From: Sphaerodactylus townsendi | Lineage: Eukaryota | Assembly (NCBI RefSeq): GCF_021028975.2 | Contig: NC_059425.1 | Coordinates: 112,530,001-112,594,000, forward strand | DNA length: 64,000 nt | Reading direction: 5' to 3' | Shown here: one piece after another, positions 28,747 through 40,329 of the stretch | How positions within the stretch are numbered: position 1 is the first letter of the stretch | Layout of the letters: every line of letters begins with the position of its first letter | Program-made: the position numbers and the translations under genes | The notes under the pieces: model-generated | Told to the model about the DNA's origin: nothing | Seen by the model: only the letters and a program-made list of their open reading frames with translations | The model's database searches: none

Positions 28747-29999
28747 TAGTGTGTAAAAGATGACACTTGGAAAAATTCCTAGGGATAACTATAAAATTCC
28801 CTAGTGCTGCACTGTAGCCAATCCTGTACCCTGAGAACCAATGTGTGAAGAAAAACCTCTAACCAACTGCTCAGAGAAGGCCAAGGTGAAGGAAACAAAT
28901 GGGAGAGGATAAAAAGCAACATTAGAAAGTGGCACCCTTGTTTCACTCCCTCTAATCAATCCCTTGAACGAACTCAAACTCCTCCCGCGAGCTGAGCCAC
29001 GCCCTGGCCCCTTTGTCCTACGCGGTGGCTCCGCCCGGTGGCCTTGCTGAAGAAGCATGGGGTGAGGGGGAAGGCTTGAACTACCCACCCTCTGCTCCTC
29101 AGGTGGGGGAGTAGGGGATCAAACCCAGTCCTTCAGAATGGAATCCACCTTCACTTCCTAACCATCATACCACTGGCTGGCTTCAAACCTTTGCAGTGAA
29201 ACAAAACTGTGTGGGAGGATGCACCCCCCCCTCCTGCAGATACGCCGTAGAAGAAAGGGAGGTGGCGGTGTGAGGCAAGCCCCCTCTGTCTGCAATGCCA
29301 TTTGCCCACTCCGCCGCCTCTGTCTCAAACTCTGGAACCCCAGCCGAGGCAGGCACCTCTTCTGCTGCTGCCTTCACGCTTCTCCTAGTGGCCGCCTAAT
29401 GACCCCCTGACGCCCTCCATTCCTCCCCCCGATCACCTACCAAACTCTCGCAGGTCCTTACAGTCTGGCATCTTGGGCTCAAGTAGGCCCAGCCTGCCCT
29501 GTTGCGATGACGCCTTTTATAGGCTCAGCCTGCCCTGTTGCGATGATGTGTTTTGCGCGCGCCATCGCAGAGAGGGGAGTGCTTCAATCGGGATCCCGTG
29601 GTTTGCTAAACAGGATCCCATATTACCAACCTTGCTCCTTAGTAGGCGCCTAAGCCTGGCTGGGCTTTTCCACAACGTGCCACGGTTTAGCTCCTGCCAT
29701 GCTTTTTCAGTTGGATTAGATAGCTTAAAAATAATCAGAACAATGTCACTGTGCCTAACAACAGCTAAAGCATAAGACTCACCACTGATGCTCCCTTCGC
29801 TGTATATAATCCAAATTATGACTCTCCTGTGGTTATCTTTAAATTGGTCAATGGCAAAGTTAGGTAAGTTTTTCCCATGCCAAGGAATGTGCATCTCTGT
29901 AGTTCCCCTGACTTTCAGCATTTAGATAACCACAGGGATTTGAATTCTAAAGATAAATAGGAACATCATTGGCTGTACTGATTTTAGATTTATACTGCT

Positions 30000-30520
30000 G
30001 GGCCTATTTGAATGAAGCTGCTATGTGAACGGTATAATTGCAATGGAATTGCCAGTCCCATGGGATAATGGCAACTCTTTAAAGGAACAAGATCAATGCA
30101 CAAATATGTTGACTCTGTAGAACGCAAGCTTTTGGCACCATTCGTTTTCCAGCAGGCAGTGCTGTCTTTTTGGGAAATCCAGGGCAACAAAAACAACTGA
30201 TCGTAGAAACAATTATGCCTTGGACTGCAGTGTTGACTCTGGAAGACCTTGGCACTGGTGTTGAACCTGGTTGTGTTCCCTGTACTGGCAGAGCCAGGTT
30301 CTCGGATCACTCTACCAACGCAAAGATGATTCTTCTGCTCAACAATCCCGAGACTGAAATAACGGAAATCGTAGCCAAATTTTTGCTGCGCAGTTTGAGC
30401 TAGGTTCCCTTGGCTTCTGTTCATACTATTTTCACCATTCTCTATTGGATTTACACTTTACTTTTTCCTTCTGTCCTTGTGCTATGTATGCCTATTAAAG
30501 GTTTCTGAATCTGAATCTGA
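30000..30520 (+). mobile_element. Old non-LTR LINE 3' fragment (RTE-X-like)
   Basis: Peptide LLLNNPETEITEIVAKFL followed by ATTAAA and (TCTGAA)n tail; family assignment from recall only. Confidence 0.45.
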
Positions 30521-30539
30521 CCAAAGTCGGTCAGTGTTA

Positions 30540-31590
30540 CTGGTATTTCTTGGTCAGACAACAGTGTTTTGCAAAGTCAGTCATGAGCTTTTGGCTCACT
30601 GCCTTGAGGACCCTGGTATATGGGAGACAGTCTTACAATGGCTGGTCTCCTTTCTCCACAGTTGAGGACAAAGGGTAGCGTTGAGGGAGAGGACACCACC
30701 CCACCATCCATTGGCATATTGGGTTCATCAGGGAGCGATCCTCTGTATGATGTTATTTAACATCTATATTCACCCTGTTGCCCAGTTGGCCAGAGTTTCA
30801 AGCTGTGTTGTCACCAGTACAAAGATGATGACTGACTATATCTATTAGTGAGTGGCCAGCCAAGAGCATTGTCATGATCAGGAGCATTGTCATGATCTTG
30901 GATGCCTCCCTGTCTATGGAGGCACCAGTTGCAAATGTGGCTAAACTTGTGTTTTTTCATCTAGCCAGGTTAAACAACTGGCCTATCCTGACCTATCCAC
31001 AGTAACCCATGTAACAATCATCTCCAGGTTAAACTACTGTAACTTGTTCTACACAGGCCTGCCATTGAGACGTCTCCAGAAACTTCAGCTGGTGCAAAAT
31101 GCAGCTGCCCAGGTCCTCACTGGGACACTGTGGAGAGCTCTTATTTGTTCAGTGCTCCAATAGCCACATTGTCTCCAGTTGGAGTATCAAACCAGGTTTA
31201 AGGTTTTGGTGTTAACCTTAAAAACCTAATGAAATGAATTCCAGCAAAGCCATTTCCTATCAGTTTTCTACCAGCATGGCCAATTGGCCATGCTGACAGA
31301 GGCTGATGGGAATTGTAGTTCCTGAACATCTGGAGAGCCGCAGGTTCCCTACCCCTGGTCTGGGACCTTCATATCTGTGAGTCCTCCTCTTCCAGAAAAC
31401 ATTATGCTCTGCAAATAACAGCTTCTTGGTGGTCCTTAGTATGAAGACTGTCCAGCTGCCCTCAACCAGGGCTGTTCTCGACTGCAGCTCTGACTTCAGT
31501 CTGGTAGAATGCTCTGTCCAATGAGACCAGGACTCTGAGTGATCTATCATGGTTCTGCAGGGCCTATAAAACAAAGCTGTTCTGCCAGGT
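30540..31590 (+). mobile_element. L2 LINE remnant interrupted by half of a hAT MITE (31260-31357)
   Basis: Degenerate QG.ILS..LFNIY, aaactactgtaac, cttcagctggtgcaaaatgcagctgc, tttaaggttttggtgttaacc. Confidence 0.75.
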
Positions 31591-33909
31591 ATTTTTCTTT
31601 TCTTGTTTTCTTTTTCTTTTCTTCTTGTTCCATTTATAAATATCAAATTGTGTCTCAGTTTGTATATGGCTATCATCACCTCGCATTTTAAAAGTATCCC
31701 AATAATTCCTTTAGGACATTCTCCCACACGAGCCTTGTTGAAATGAGTAGGAACTGTGTAAGAGCACTCTTGCATAAGTGCTGTTCATTTCAAGGGAAGG
31801 ACTTTGCCTAGGAAACTGTAGCTTGCTTTTGATTGCTATTTGACTTTAGCATTTTTAGTATGTGTGTTGTGCACATTTTATTACATTAGTCCACCCCATT
31901 CTATTTAGTTTGACATTACTTTTTTCCTCTGCCTTCCAGCTGTTTATGCCAGTGGCTTAAATTGATGAGCCATTTTTATTAACAGGACTTCCATCTGTTT
32001 GGAGGTTAGGGATTTATTCTGTGTTACAGACTTTGGTCATTTTATTAATTTCCATTCTTCCAGAACTATGTTAGAACATCATATGATGCTCAGACATAGA
32101 ATTGGTACTGGAAGTTTCATGGAAATAATGCAAACTGAGAGCAAACTACAAGTTTTGACTAAGCTGTAATAATACAAAATCAGTGTTACAGAAGAAGTAA
32201 AACAAAGCCTGTATTTTTAAAATGGATGTCCTGTTTGTCACAAAATACTTTTTTCTGAATTTAGTGCCTAGCAATATGCACTGTGTTCATTAATACCTCA
32301 ATGTAAGCATAGTTTGCAAAATCCAACACTTCAGTGAAAATAGGTACAAAATGAAAAATAGGTACAAAATGAAAAAAAATGGTGATGCTGAACAGCCAAA
32401 TTGACTTTGGGGAGGGGGGGGGTCTTAGTTATCTGACCTAAACCATCCTCTTATCTGTTTTTTCCCTCCAGTTCTTAGTCCAAAGGAACCTCCCATGAGT
32501 GATTTGGACACACAAGTGCAAGGGGGGGGGGGTTCTCATCCAGATTCTTTATGTGTAGAAAAGGAAATTCCTGAAAATGCAACTCTGCTTCCCCTTGGAT
32601 GACAAGCTGCACCTGTCATATCTATCCTTTTCTGCCCAGCTTTGAAAGATGAAACAACCCTTGAATCTGAATTATTTCAATGGCTGTGGGCAACTCCTTA
32701 TCATATGTGTTCTTTACTGCTCCTTTGGGCTTCCTGTGTACAGATACTACTGGGCTTATAGTTTCATTTGGAGACCACCACTGCCCTTTCTACTCTAGAA
32801 GACCAATGGCGTAGCATGATAGCAACTCCACCCAGCACCATTTTATCTATTCAGATCTGCCTGGTCTTCTGCAGAAGATGGAGACAAGAAATCTTCAGTT
32901 CGGGGCCTGATACACCCGCTTTTCACTCCTCCCTCCAATTGTATACTTTCAACATCTAGCCTAACATGGAGCTCTGGAGAACTCAAATGCTTCTATATTG
33001 CCCTATGTTAGTTTGGTTGGTCTTCACAAAAGGACTTACGTGCCTTTTCTTTTGGACTATCACAACTTTCTGCAATCTGCAGAGAAGCTGAAATAATGGA
33101 GAGAGAGAGAGAGGGATCCAACTTTTGCCACATTCTTTACAAAATCATAAACTCCCTCTATGATGACTCCTGATTTTGTTATTACCTTTAACTTTCAAAG
33201 AGCCTACAGTATCTATACACACATAGGTGGCTATAGCTTGTTCTTGGATTATTTCACCAAATATGTTTAACATTTCCATGTCCAAGGCAATTTTCCACAG
33301 TTGTAATTAACCATTTTCATAGCAATGAGAAACAGAGAAAGGGTGGGGGGGAACCCTTAAGTAGGACAACTAATTAATTTTGCATGGAAAATTCCCCAGA
33401 GGTTGTACATAGAAAATGGCTAAAAAAGACACTTAAGATGGTGCTTCTTTCTCCTTATCTTTCATTCTAAAAAAAAAAGAGGCAAGGAAAACAGTATTTT
33501 GCGCACATTTAATTTTTCCCCCATTTACTTTGTTGAATTGTTCCAGCACACTTGTATTTTAGAAGAATGACTTGAACTTTGGCCAGGGAATGTTTCAACA
33601 ATCCCATGTGAAGATTATACCATCACTCCTTCGGGTTCAATTACTTAGGAGTTATCCAGATATTGAGCATCATCACTGAGGGAACAGACAGTAGGAAAGC
33701 ATTTCCCTAAGAGTAACTATACACTAAGAAGTAGAAAGAACTGTATGATTTTACTACAATTAAGAAGAAGGCTGGGGAGAAAGAGAATAGGCAGAGCTCA
33801 CACAGTGGCCAGATTCTGCCTTGAATAAGGAGATTAAAAATAAGGCCAAGAAAGGTGTTACAAAATAAGGTAAAATATATTTTTATTACTCAGTTTAAAT
33901 CCCTCAAAT

Positions 33910-33946
33910 TCTCTATGTGTTTCACTAAGACGCTTCTTCAGGAGAG
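33910..33946 (-). ncRNA. Decayed type I hammerhead-ribozyme-like motif (Penelope-like repeat remnant)
   Basis: Minus: UCUC-CUGAAGA-A-GC-GUCUUA-GU-GAAAC-AC-AUA-GAGA; restoring CpGs gives CGAAACGCGUA; AATAAA about 25 nt downstream. Confidence 0.5.
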
Positions 33947-34840
33947 TCTGATAGTCTTGCACCAATTCTCCAAAAAGAGTACAAGATCAGTTGCAAATTG
34001 CCACTGGAAGGATCCTATTTTTTAATCTCCTGTGATTAGTGCCCCTCTTTTATTTCTCCTTCTCTTCCCTGAACAAAACAGCAATATAAAAGCAAGTCCT
34101 TTTATTCTCCATTCTGTTTGGTATTGTCATCCATTTCCGTACCTTTTGTTATAAGGGCCCCTACGTCTGCAAAAACTTTCATTGCTCTATCTATCAAGTC
34201 AACCTGTATCTTCTCTTTCCTCTTCAATATTTCCAACCTTCTGGAGACCTTCTTTGGCCAGTGGTCCTTCATCAAAATGGTCATAGAATTTCACTTGCTG
34301 GGTCTCAGCAACGCAGAGTCAGAAAAATAGATGGTGACAACAGAAAGATTGGGGGGAAAGAAGGCAATGATGGCAAGCTGTGGTGAGCAAGACAGGGGAA
34401 ACAAGGGCCAGTGGATGAGGGGATTGCCCTTCCCATGTAAGGTTGTCATATGCCCTAAACAGGCTGGGGCCTGCATATTTAAAGGAGGTCTCAGTCAGTA
34501 TGTTCCCCAAAGATTGTTGTGGCTGGCAAATGAAAATCTGTTGGTGATCCATGGTCCAAAAGGGGTCAGGCTAAACTCAGTTAGGGCCAGGAAGGGAATT
34601 TTCTCGTGCCACTTGGGTCCTGAGAGATTTATTGCAATTTCACAGAGCCTGTAAGACAGAGATGTCCCACCACTCATATGATTGAGACTGGCTACAGTTT
34701 TCCATCTTCTTCCCTCCCTGCTCTTTCCCACGCCTCCTCTACTTCCCTATTGTATTTTAGTTAGTATTATTTAGTCACCATCTGTTTTAGATTATGTTTT
34801 TAACTGCTTTAATTGCTCCATTGTATTTACAAATTGTTGT

Positions 34841-35002
34841 NNNNNNNNNNNNNNNNNNNNNNNNNNNNNNNNNNNNNNNNNNNNNNNNNNNNNNNNNNNN
34901 NNNNNNNNNNNNNNNNNNNNNNNNNNNNNNNNNNNNNNNNNNNNNNNNNNNNNNNNNNNNNNNNNNNNNNNNNNNNNNNNNNNNNNNNNNNNNNNNNNNN
35001 NN
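34841..35002. other. Assembly gap (N run)
   Basis: 162 N. Confidence 1.
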
Positions 35003-35659
35003 TTTTACTGACTGGAGAAAAAAAATAAAAATTTGGACATTTAAATGCCTAGTATTTTTACAAGGAGGCTTGGACAGTGATAGGTCTGTCCTGCTAGCCT
35101 GACCAGAAGGGAAGACAGCCGGGCTGGGAGAAGTTCTGCAATGCTGTAAGAGAGGCTGGGCATACCCCAGCCACCCTTTCCCTCAAATGGTGGCTGCAAG
35201 GGAAAGGAGGCCAGTGAGTGAAGAGGCATGGGAGCAGAGGCAGAAGCCTGAGCCCAGTGCCACCTCCTCCAGCTCAAACAGCATGTCCAGTATTTTTGTT
35301 GACACCATCTGGCAACCAGCTCCCACATGGCTTCCTTATGGGTCTTTTTGGCATATAAATACCAATACATCTCCTCTCCTCTCTCAAAACATCCTTACTG
35401 TGCACATTTCCCCTCATCTTTTTGTCTATTGTAGATGGGAAGTGGCATCATGTGTTATTAAGCACTTATTCCCCATTTCTACTTCAATTCCACTGATAAT
35501 CAGATAAAAATTTCACCCACCATCCCCCCAGTGGGTGATGTGACTTTTCCAGATGGGAGGCTTTCCCATTTCAGTGGGAAATGGTGTGAGGACTTTTAAA
35601 TGTATGAAATAAAGAAAAATGTTGAAAGGGCTGAAAACTGAAAACAATAAAGACAGCTG

Positions 35660-36240
35660 TGAATCACCCACCGGCTGCGGTTGCCTCTTGGGGTGGGGGA
35701 GGTGGAGCATGCCAAGGTGACTGCTTCCGCCCAACCAAGGGTGGAAGCAAAGCCCGCGGCATGTTGGGCCAGGGCTGACATCACCAGAGGGGAGGGCTGA
35801 CGGAACCTTTAAAGGAGTCAGCCCTTCTTTGTGCCGGCCATGTGCTCTGGCAGGCTGGCGATTTGCCCACCCACCTCTCCCTGGACTTTTATTACGGTGC
35901 TGCATGTTTTTTCTGTCATAGCCATCGGCGGTGGCGCATGGGTATTGATCTGGAAATGCCAACTGCGGCAAGAGGCAACAGCCCTACCGAACCGGCAAAC
36001 GGGGAACACCTCTTGCCAGGAGCGTCCGCCCGGCAGAGCCCCTCAGCAGAGCGAAGCCCAATACAGGGCATCCGCCCGGGGGAGCTTCACTAGGAAGCAG
36101 ACAGGCCAGATCAAGACCCATGCTACGCCTCACGCTTCTGTTTTGTTTGGTTAATAAATGGCTATGGCCAAATGTTTATCCCAGCAAAGAGTCTCGTGTG
36201 GTTTTTGGGAGAGGATCCACCCAGGTGGTTCCCACCCTCA
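35660..36240 (+). mobile_element. Solo Ngaro-type terminal repeat unit (A-spacer-B), different subfamily
   Basis: TATA-like cctttaaagg...gccggcc; B-start ggcggtggcgcatggg..tgatc and end ggttaataaa..ggctatggcc..gtctcgtgtgg match the 3' regions of both full copies in opposite orientation. Confidence 0.7.
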
Positions 36241-36859
36241 GAAGGCAAGTATTATCATTGAGATAAGTCAATGAACATGGTTATTGTTTTCTGTTCATCA
36301 CAGAACTGAATTCTTCATGTTAGCCATTTAAAAGGCAGCTATTGCGTGTAGAGGTGTGGCCCTTCATGCTCAGTGACCCGATACACCGAATAATACACAA
36401 GACAGTATATATAGTGTGGGTAAGCAAATGGCCATAGCCAAAGAATTTATTAACCGAAAATACAGGAAGGCAAATTGGCGCAGCATGGGAGGTGATACAA
36501 GCATCTGGGCAGCCCGAGTGCTGTTCCCCAGAGGATGACTAGTTCCTACAGCCCGCCTGCTGGAGGAATCTAGCCAAGCGGAAGATTGGAGTGGGACATT
36601 CCAGACCGGGCGGCGCTCCATGACCGGGCCCCATCTCCCATCCTTCACTAGGGGCGCTTAAGCTCCTTAGGTCACCGCTGGGCATTCCAACCGTGGGCTT
36701 CAGAAACACCTAACTTCTTACCTCCTAAGGAGGTGTAATAAACAGGGGAGCTCTCCCAGCTTCCCTGCCAGCGGATCACCTCCCATGCGCAACCCGCCAC
36801 AGAGCCGGGCCGAAGGGAATCCCTTCCCCCGCCTCCCCGCCAAAAAAGCCTCCCATATG

Positions 36860-37478
36860 CCTTCACAGCCAATCACACAATGCTGTTCTAAGGCTATGCA
36901 ACCACAAACTCCGTGCCCTCTGAGGCTTATAAATGCAACCCCCCATCCTGCCTGTACAGTGCTTCCACCTTAGGGCGCAATGTCCCGATGTGAAACCTCC
37001 TGCCCCCCCAAAAACCCTGAATCAAAACGCGACATCGTCCGGCAGATCCTTGGTCTGGCCTCCATTCAATTGCAGTGAAGGGTTCAAGGCACCTCTCCAT
37101 ACTGCCTTCCCCAACAAGTGAGAGACCAGAAGATCGAAGTTTCCGGCAGCAGGTGGTGAATGGAGTCCAAGTCCGCTAACATCGACTGTAACAGCTGCAC
37201 GCTTCTTCACTGCAGGGGATGTCAGCTTCTCTCCGAAGCCGCAACACCCAGTGCGCGCGGGGGGCTTGAAAACTTCCAGCAGCTTGGTCTGGAAGGATGG
37301 GGAGAAGGTCCTGCCAATGCATGCCTCTTCTTCCGGATCCACCGTGAAGCCTGGACTGGTGGTGTAAGGCTCCAGGTCCCGACTCCCATCCTGAAGAGGC
37401 TGGGCGTGGTTTGCCGCTCCAGGAAGACGCATGCTGTGGGCCAACCACCCAAAATGACTCTCTGGTGTCCTAAAGAAG
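36860..37478 (-). pseudogene. Ngaro copy 2 SGNH hydrolase domain
   Basis: WVVGHS recoverable after removing two 1-nt homopolymer insertions; GRRGMHWQDLLP; colinear with copy 1. Confidence 0.75.
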
Positions 37479-37559
37479 CTGGAGACAAAATTGCAGGTTA
37501 GGTGGGGCCACACATGGCGCAGGAACCCTATTGATGCGCAAACGCTCTGATGTGCACGC

Positions 37560-38450
37560 GCTTTTGTAGGCCGATGACCTTTTCTAACAGCTTCCACGCC
37601 CATGACTCTGCCGGGTTGGGGCCTCAGCCCCGGCTATAGAGTGGACGCTGCTCCGATCCGAAAGGAATGGAGCCCATAGGATGTCGCGGGGAGGTGCAGG
37701 GCCGATAGGCAGAGCCTCAGCACCGCTGCCAGTTGGTAGCGTGAGAGGCGAGTCCCATCAATATGGACAAATAAAGGGGCTCCCCCCTTCGGGCGGACTG
37801 CCAGGTAAGATGCCATGTCCCTCACCGGGCAAGGGCCAGGGGCTATGGAGGCCTGCATGGAGATGCAGGTGCCCCTGGCCTGCTGATCCGTCTTGGAATG
37901 CCGCAGGTGGACGTATATAGTGCGCTCATGGATCCGGACATCCTTGAGTGACAGAGGTCTGTCGCTAGTACCCTCCCTAGACGCTGAGACTATTTCCCCG
38001 CTTCGGAAAGCCCCCAAAAATGCCAAACTAAAGGCTGCTTTAAAGAGGCAAGTCTCAAAAGAGGACGTGCACACTCGGGGTAATGTGGCGGCTATCTGAG
38101 TGAGCAAGTTCAGAGAAATCGGGAGGCGCCCGTCCCTGACCTTAGGGCGCCATCCGGCTCCACCCCCTTTATGGCCTGCCTAACCAGGAAGGATCCCGTG
38201 GGGTCCGCAATCCCCGAAGCCTGTTGCAGTAGAAGGATACCGCTGCCAAAACCGGTGTGTCCGCGATGGTTTTGGGAGACCGCCCGCGCTGTTTGTAAAC
38301 AACCAAGGTACATATGGAGAGTATAAAGACCAATTCGGTAACCCAGGAGCCCCCCGCCCCTTTGAGACTGTTAAGCGCGGGAATCTGGGAAGAAAGCATG
38401 GATTGCGGAAAATTCCCTGATAGGCCTGCCGCTTGCTGGAGCCAGCGAAG
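37560..38450 (-). pseudogene. Ngaro copy 2 tyrosine recombinase
   Basis: 157-aa ORF 37634-38107 with catalytic R (GAFRSGE), K (SKTD) and HxxR (HSFRIG). Confidence 0.92.
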
Positions 38451-38479
38451 TTCAGTGGGAATCTCCGGTGATGATCGTA

Positions 38480-40230
38480 TCCTCTCCCAAGGGCCCAGGA
38501 GCTCCTATGGAAAGGGTGCCGATCCGAGGATGCTCCAGGGGCTAGTGCAGGCTGAATCGCCCATCTGGAACCTGGAGATGAGCGCTCTGCTATGTCGCTT
38601 CCACGCCTGGAATGTGCTGAGCCACAAAGCGGAAATGTTATTGATCAAAGACACCTACCACCAACTTCCTGGACAAGCCGATAACCCGCTCAGAGCCAGA
38701 TGATTATTTTGCCGATTGATCACTTTGGACCACTGCTTGGTTGTCACTAATTACCAGAAGATTCGATCACTTCTGCGGTTGGCAAAAGCTGGGCTGGCCA
38801 CAGGTATAAAGCCCACCACTATCGGAAAAAATTCTGCAGGAATGGTAAGGTTCCTTTTCCCAGGCCCCTCGGCCTAACACCCAGCTCTGACGGCCACCGT
38901 TGGGCGCACCTACGTTGCTTCCTCTGAAGTTCCCAGACCCCTGTATTCGAAAGCCCCATTGTGCCTCTAAGCATCGGAATGCACTTGTAAAGTGGACCTC
39001 CAGGGTGAACCCGCTGCCTCCCGCCAGTTGGTAGGGAAACCCCGCTAAAATGTGGGCAAGGAACTCCTGCCAGACGGCCATGTCGCCCTTAATGCCCCCC
39101 TGGTCAGCCGTGATGTGGTGGTGGGGTGGTCACCCTCTTAGTATGCGTGTGCCAGGCGGGCGCAAAATGGTTCAAGCACAGGCGCCACCACCCGGCTACA
39201 CCATGCAAAATTCAGGTGGGCCTTAACAACTTCTGGATATCTCCTCAGAGTGCATTTGGATTTCCCTTTGCAGCTGAAGTAATAAGTCCTTAATGGCCAC
39301 TCTTCAACTTATCTGGTGGGAGGCTGGATGTGCCCTGTAGCGTGTTCAATGTGCATCCCCAGGAAATTAAGGTAAAGTGCGAGGGGCCCTCGGGTTTTTC
39401 CTCCGCCAGCCAGTGGTGGTACACTCCAGTTCCGCTGCCAATGCCTGAAAGTCGTGAAGCCTTCCTTGGTGGCATTATTGCAGGGTGCCCGGGCCTCCCC
39501 AACTATAAGCGAAGTCGCTCTTAAGCTAATGTGCGTGTGATGAATGGACTGGCAAACCGCCCCTTTGCTGCCCATTCCAAAAAAAGGAACTGAAGGCCTC
39601 AAAAGCTGCACAGGCTGCATGTGAGCAGCCCATGGGCATGGCTTCTTTATCAACGCAACCACTGCCCCTGGAATTCTAACAATGCCCAGCAGGCAAAAAA
39701 AAAGTCATTTGGGTGAATGGGGAGTAACCGGAAGGCTGGACTGTATACGTCGACTTCTGCTACAGGAGGGCCCCCCGCCCGCAGGCCCCTGATCAGATTG
39801 GTGGGCATGGTCAAACGATGCAGAGTGACCGGATTTTGCAGTAAGATCCTGCTCTATGTGGTCGTTTACTGAGGAGCCCCTCGTAGGGATAGAATGGTGG
39901 ATTAAGCGGAAACTCTCCTTGGGCCTTTTAGGCACCACACCCAAGGGGGAAAACCCTCAGGTTTGGGAGCCGGGGGAAGGGAAGGGCCAGCCATACGGCC
40001 AGCAGCCACTTCTTTCAAGCAAGTTTTGCTTCTACCACTAGGGGCATATCCCGGGCAGGACTTAAGGCTGCCGCGAGTCAGTTGCCACCCTAGGGCCAGT
40101 GTGTAAGGGATGTGGAAAGCCCTGAGAAAAACCCTTCCCAGAGGAATTTGGCCACCGGCCGGTTGGGGTAGCCCGAAGAAGCAGGACTGTGCGCAGCGGG
40201 AGTTTGACTGGGGACACGCCAGGGTTCCCC
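38480..40230 (-). pseudogene. Ngaro copy 2 RT and RNase H (frameshifted in assembly)
   Basis: Fragments LKEVAAGRMAGP, GVVPKR..FRLIHH, KPCPWAAH (shifted AMPMGCS), TLQGTSSLPPDKL, DMAVWQEFL; colinear with copy 1. Confidence 0.85.
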
Positions 40231-40329
40231 AGGACCCAAGTACTCCCAATCTAGGATGTGGCTGGGTTGGGCGGAGTGGCCCGCCCCTCCTCTGGGGAGT
40301 TTGGGCTACTTGAGGGCCGGCTCCACTAA

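Larger units (their letters stand above)
23699..29709 (-). mobile_element. Ngaro-type tyrosine-recombinase retrotransposon, copy 1 (decayed)
   Basis: Order gag, RT, RNase H, YR, SGNH hydrolase; 5' end TGAAAAAGC and 3' end CCACACCTCTACCCGCAA both shared with copy 2; TATAAAAG near 29515-29521; AATAAA near 23800. Confidence 0.9.

Noticed and set aside
34794-35102. ORFs spanning N runs (also 51808-52169)
   Set aside because: Artefacts of assembly gaps.
36370-36376. TCAC/TGA as the 3' end of Ngaro copy 2
   Set aside because: Homology with copy 1 continues to CCACACCTCTAC.CGCAA, so the end is near 36341.
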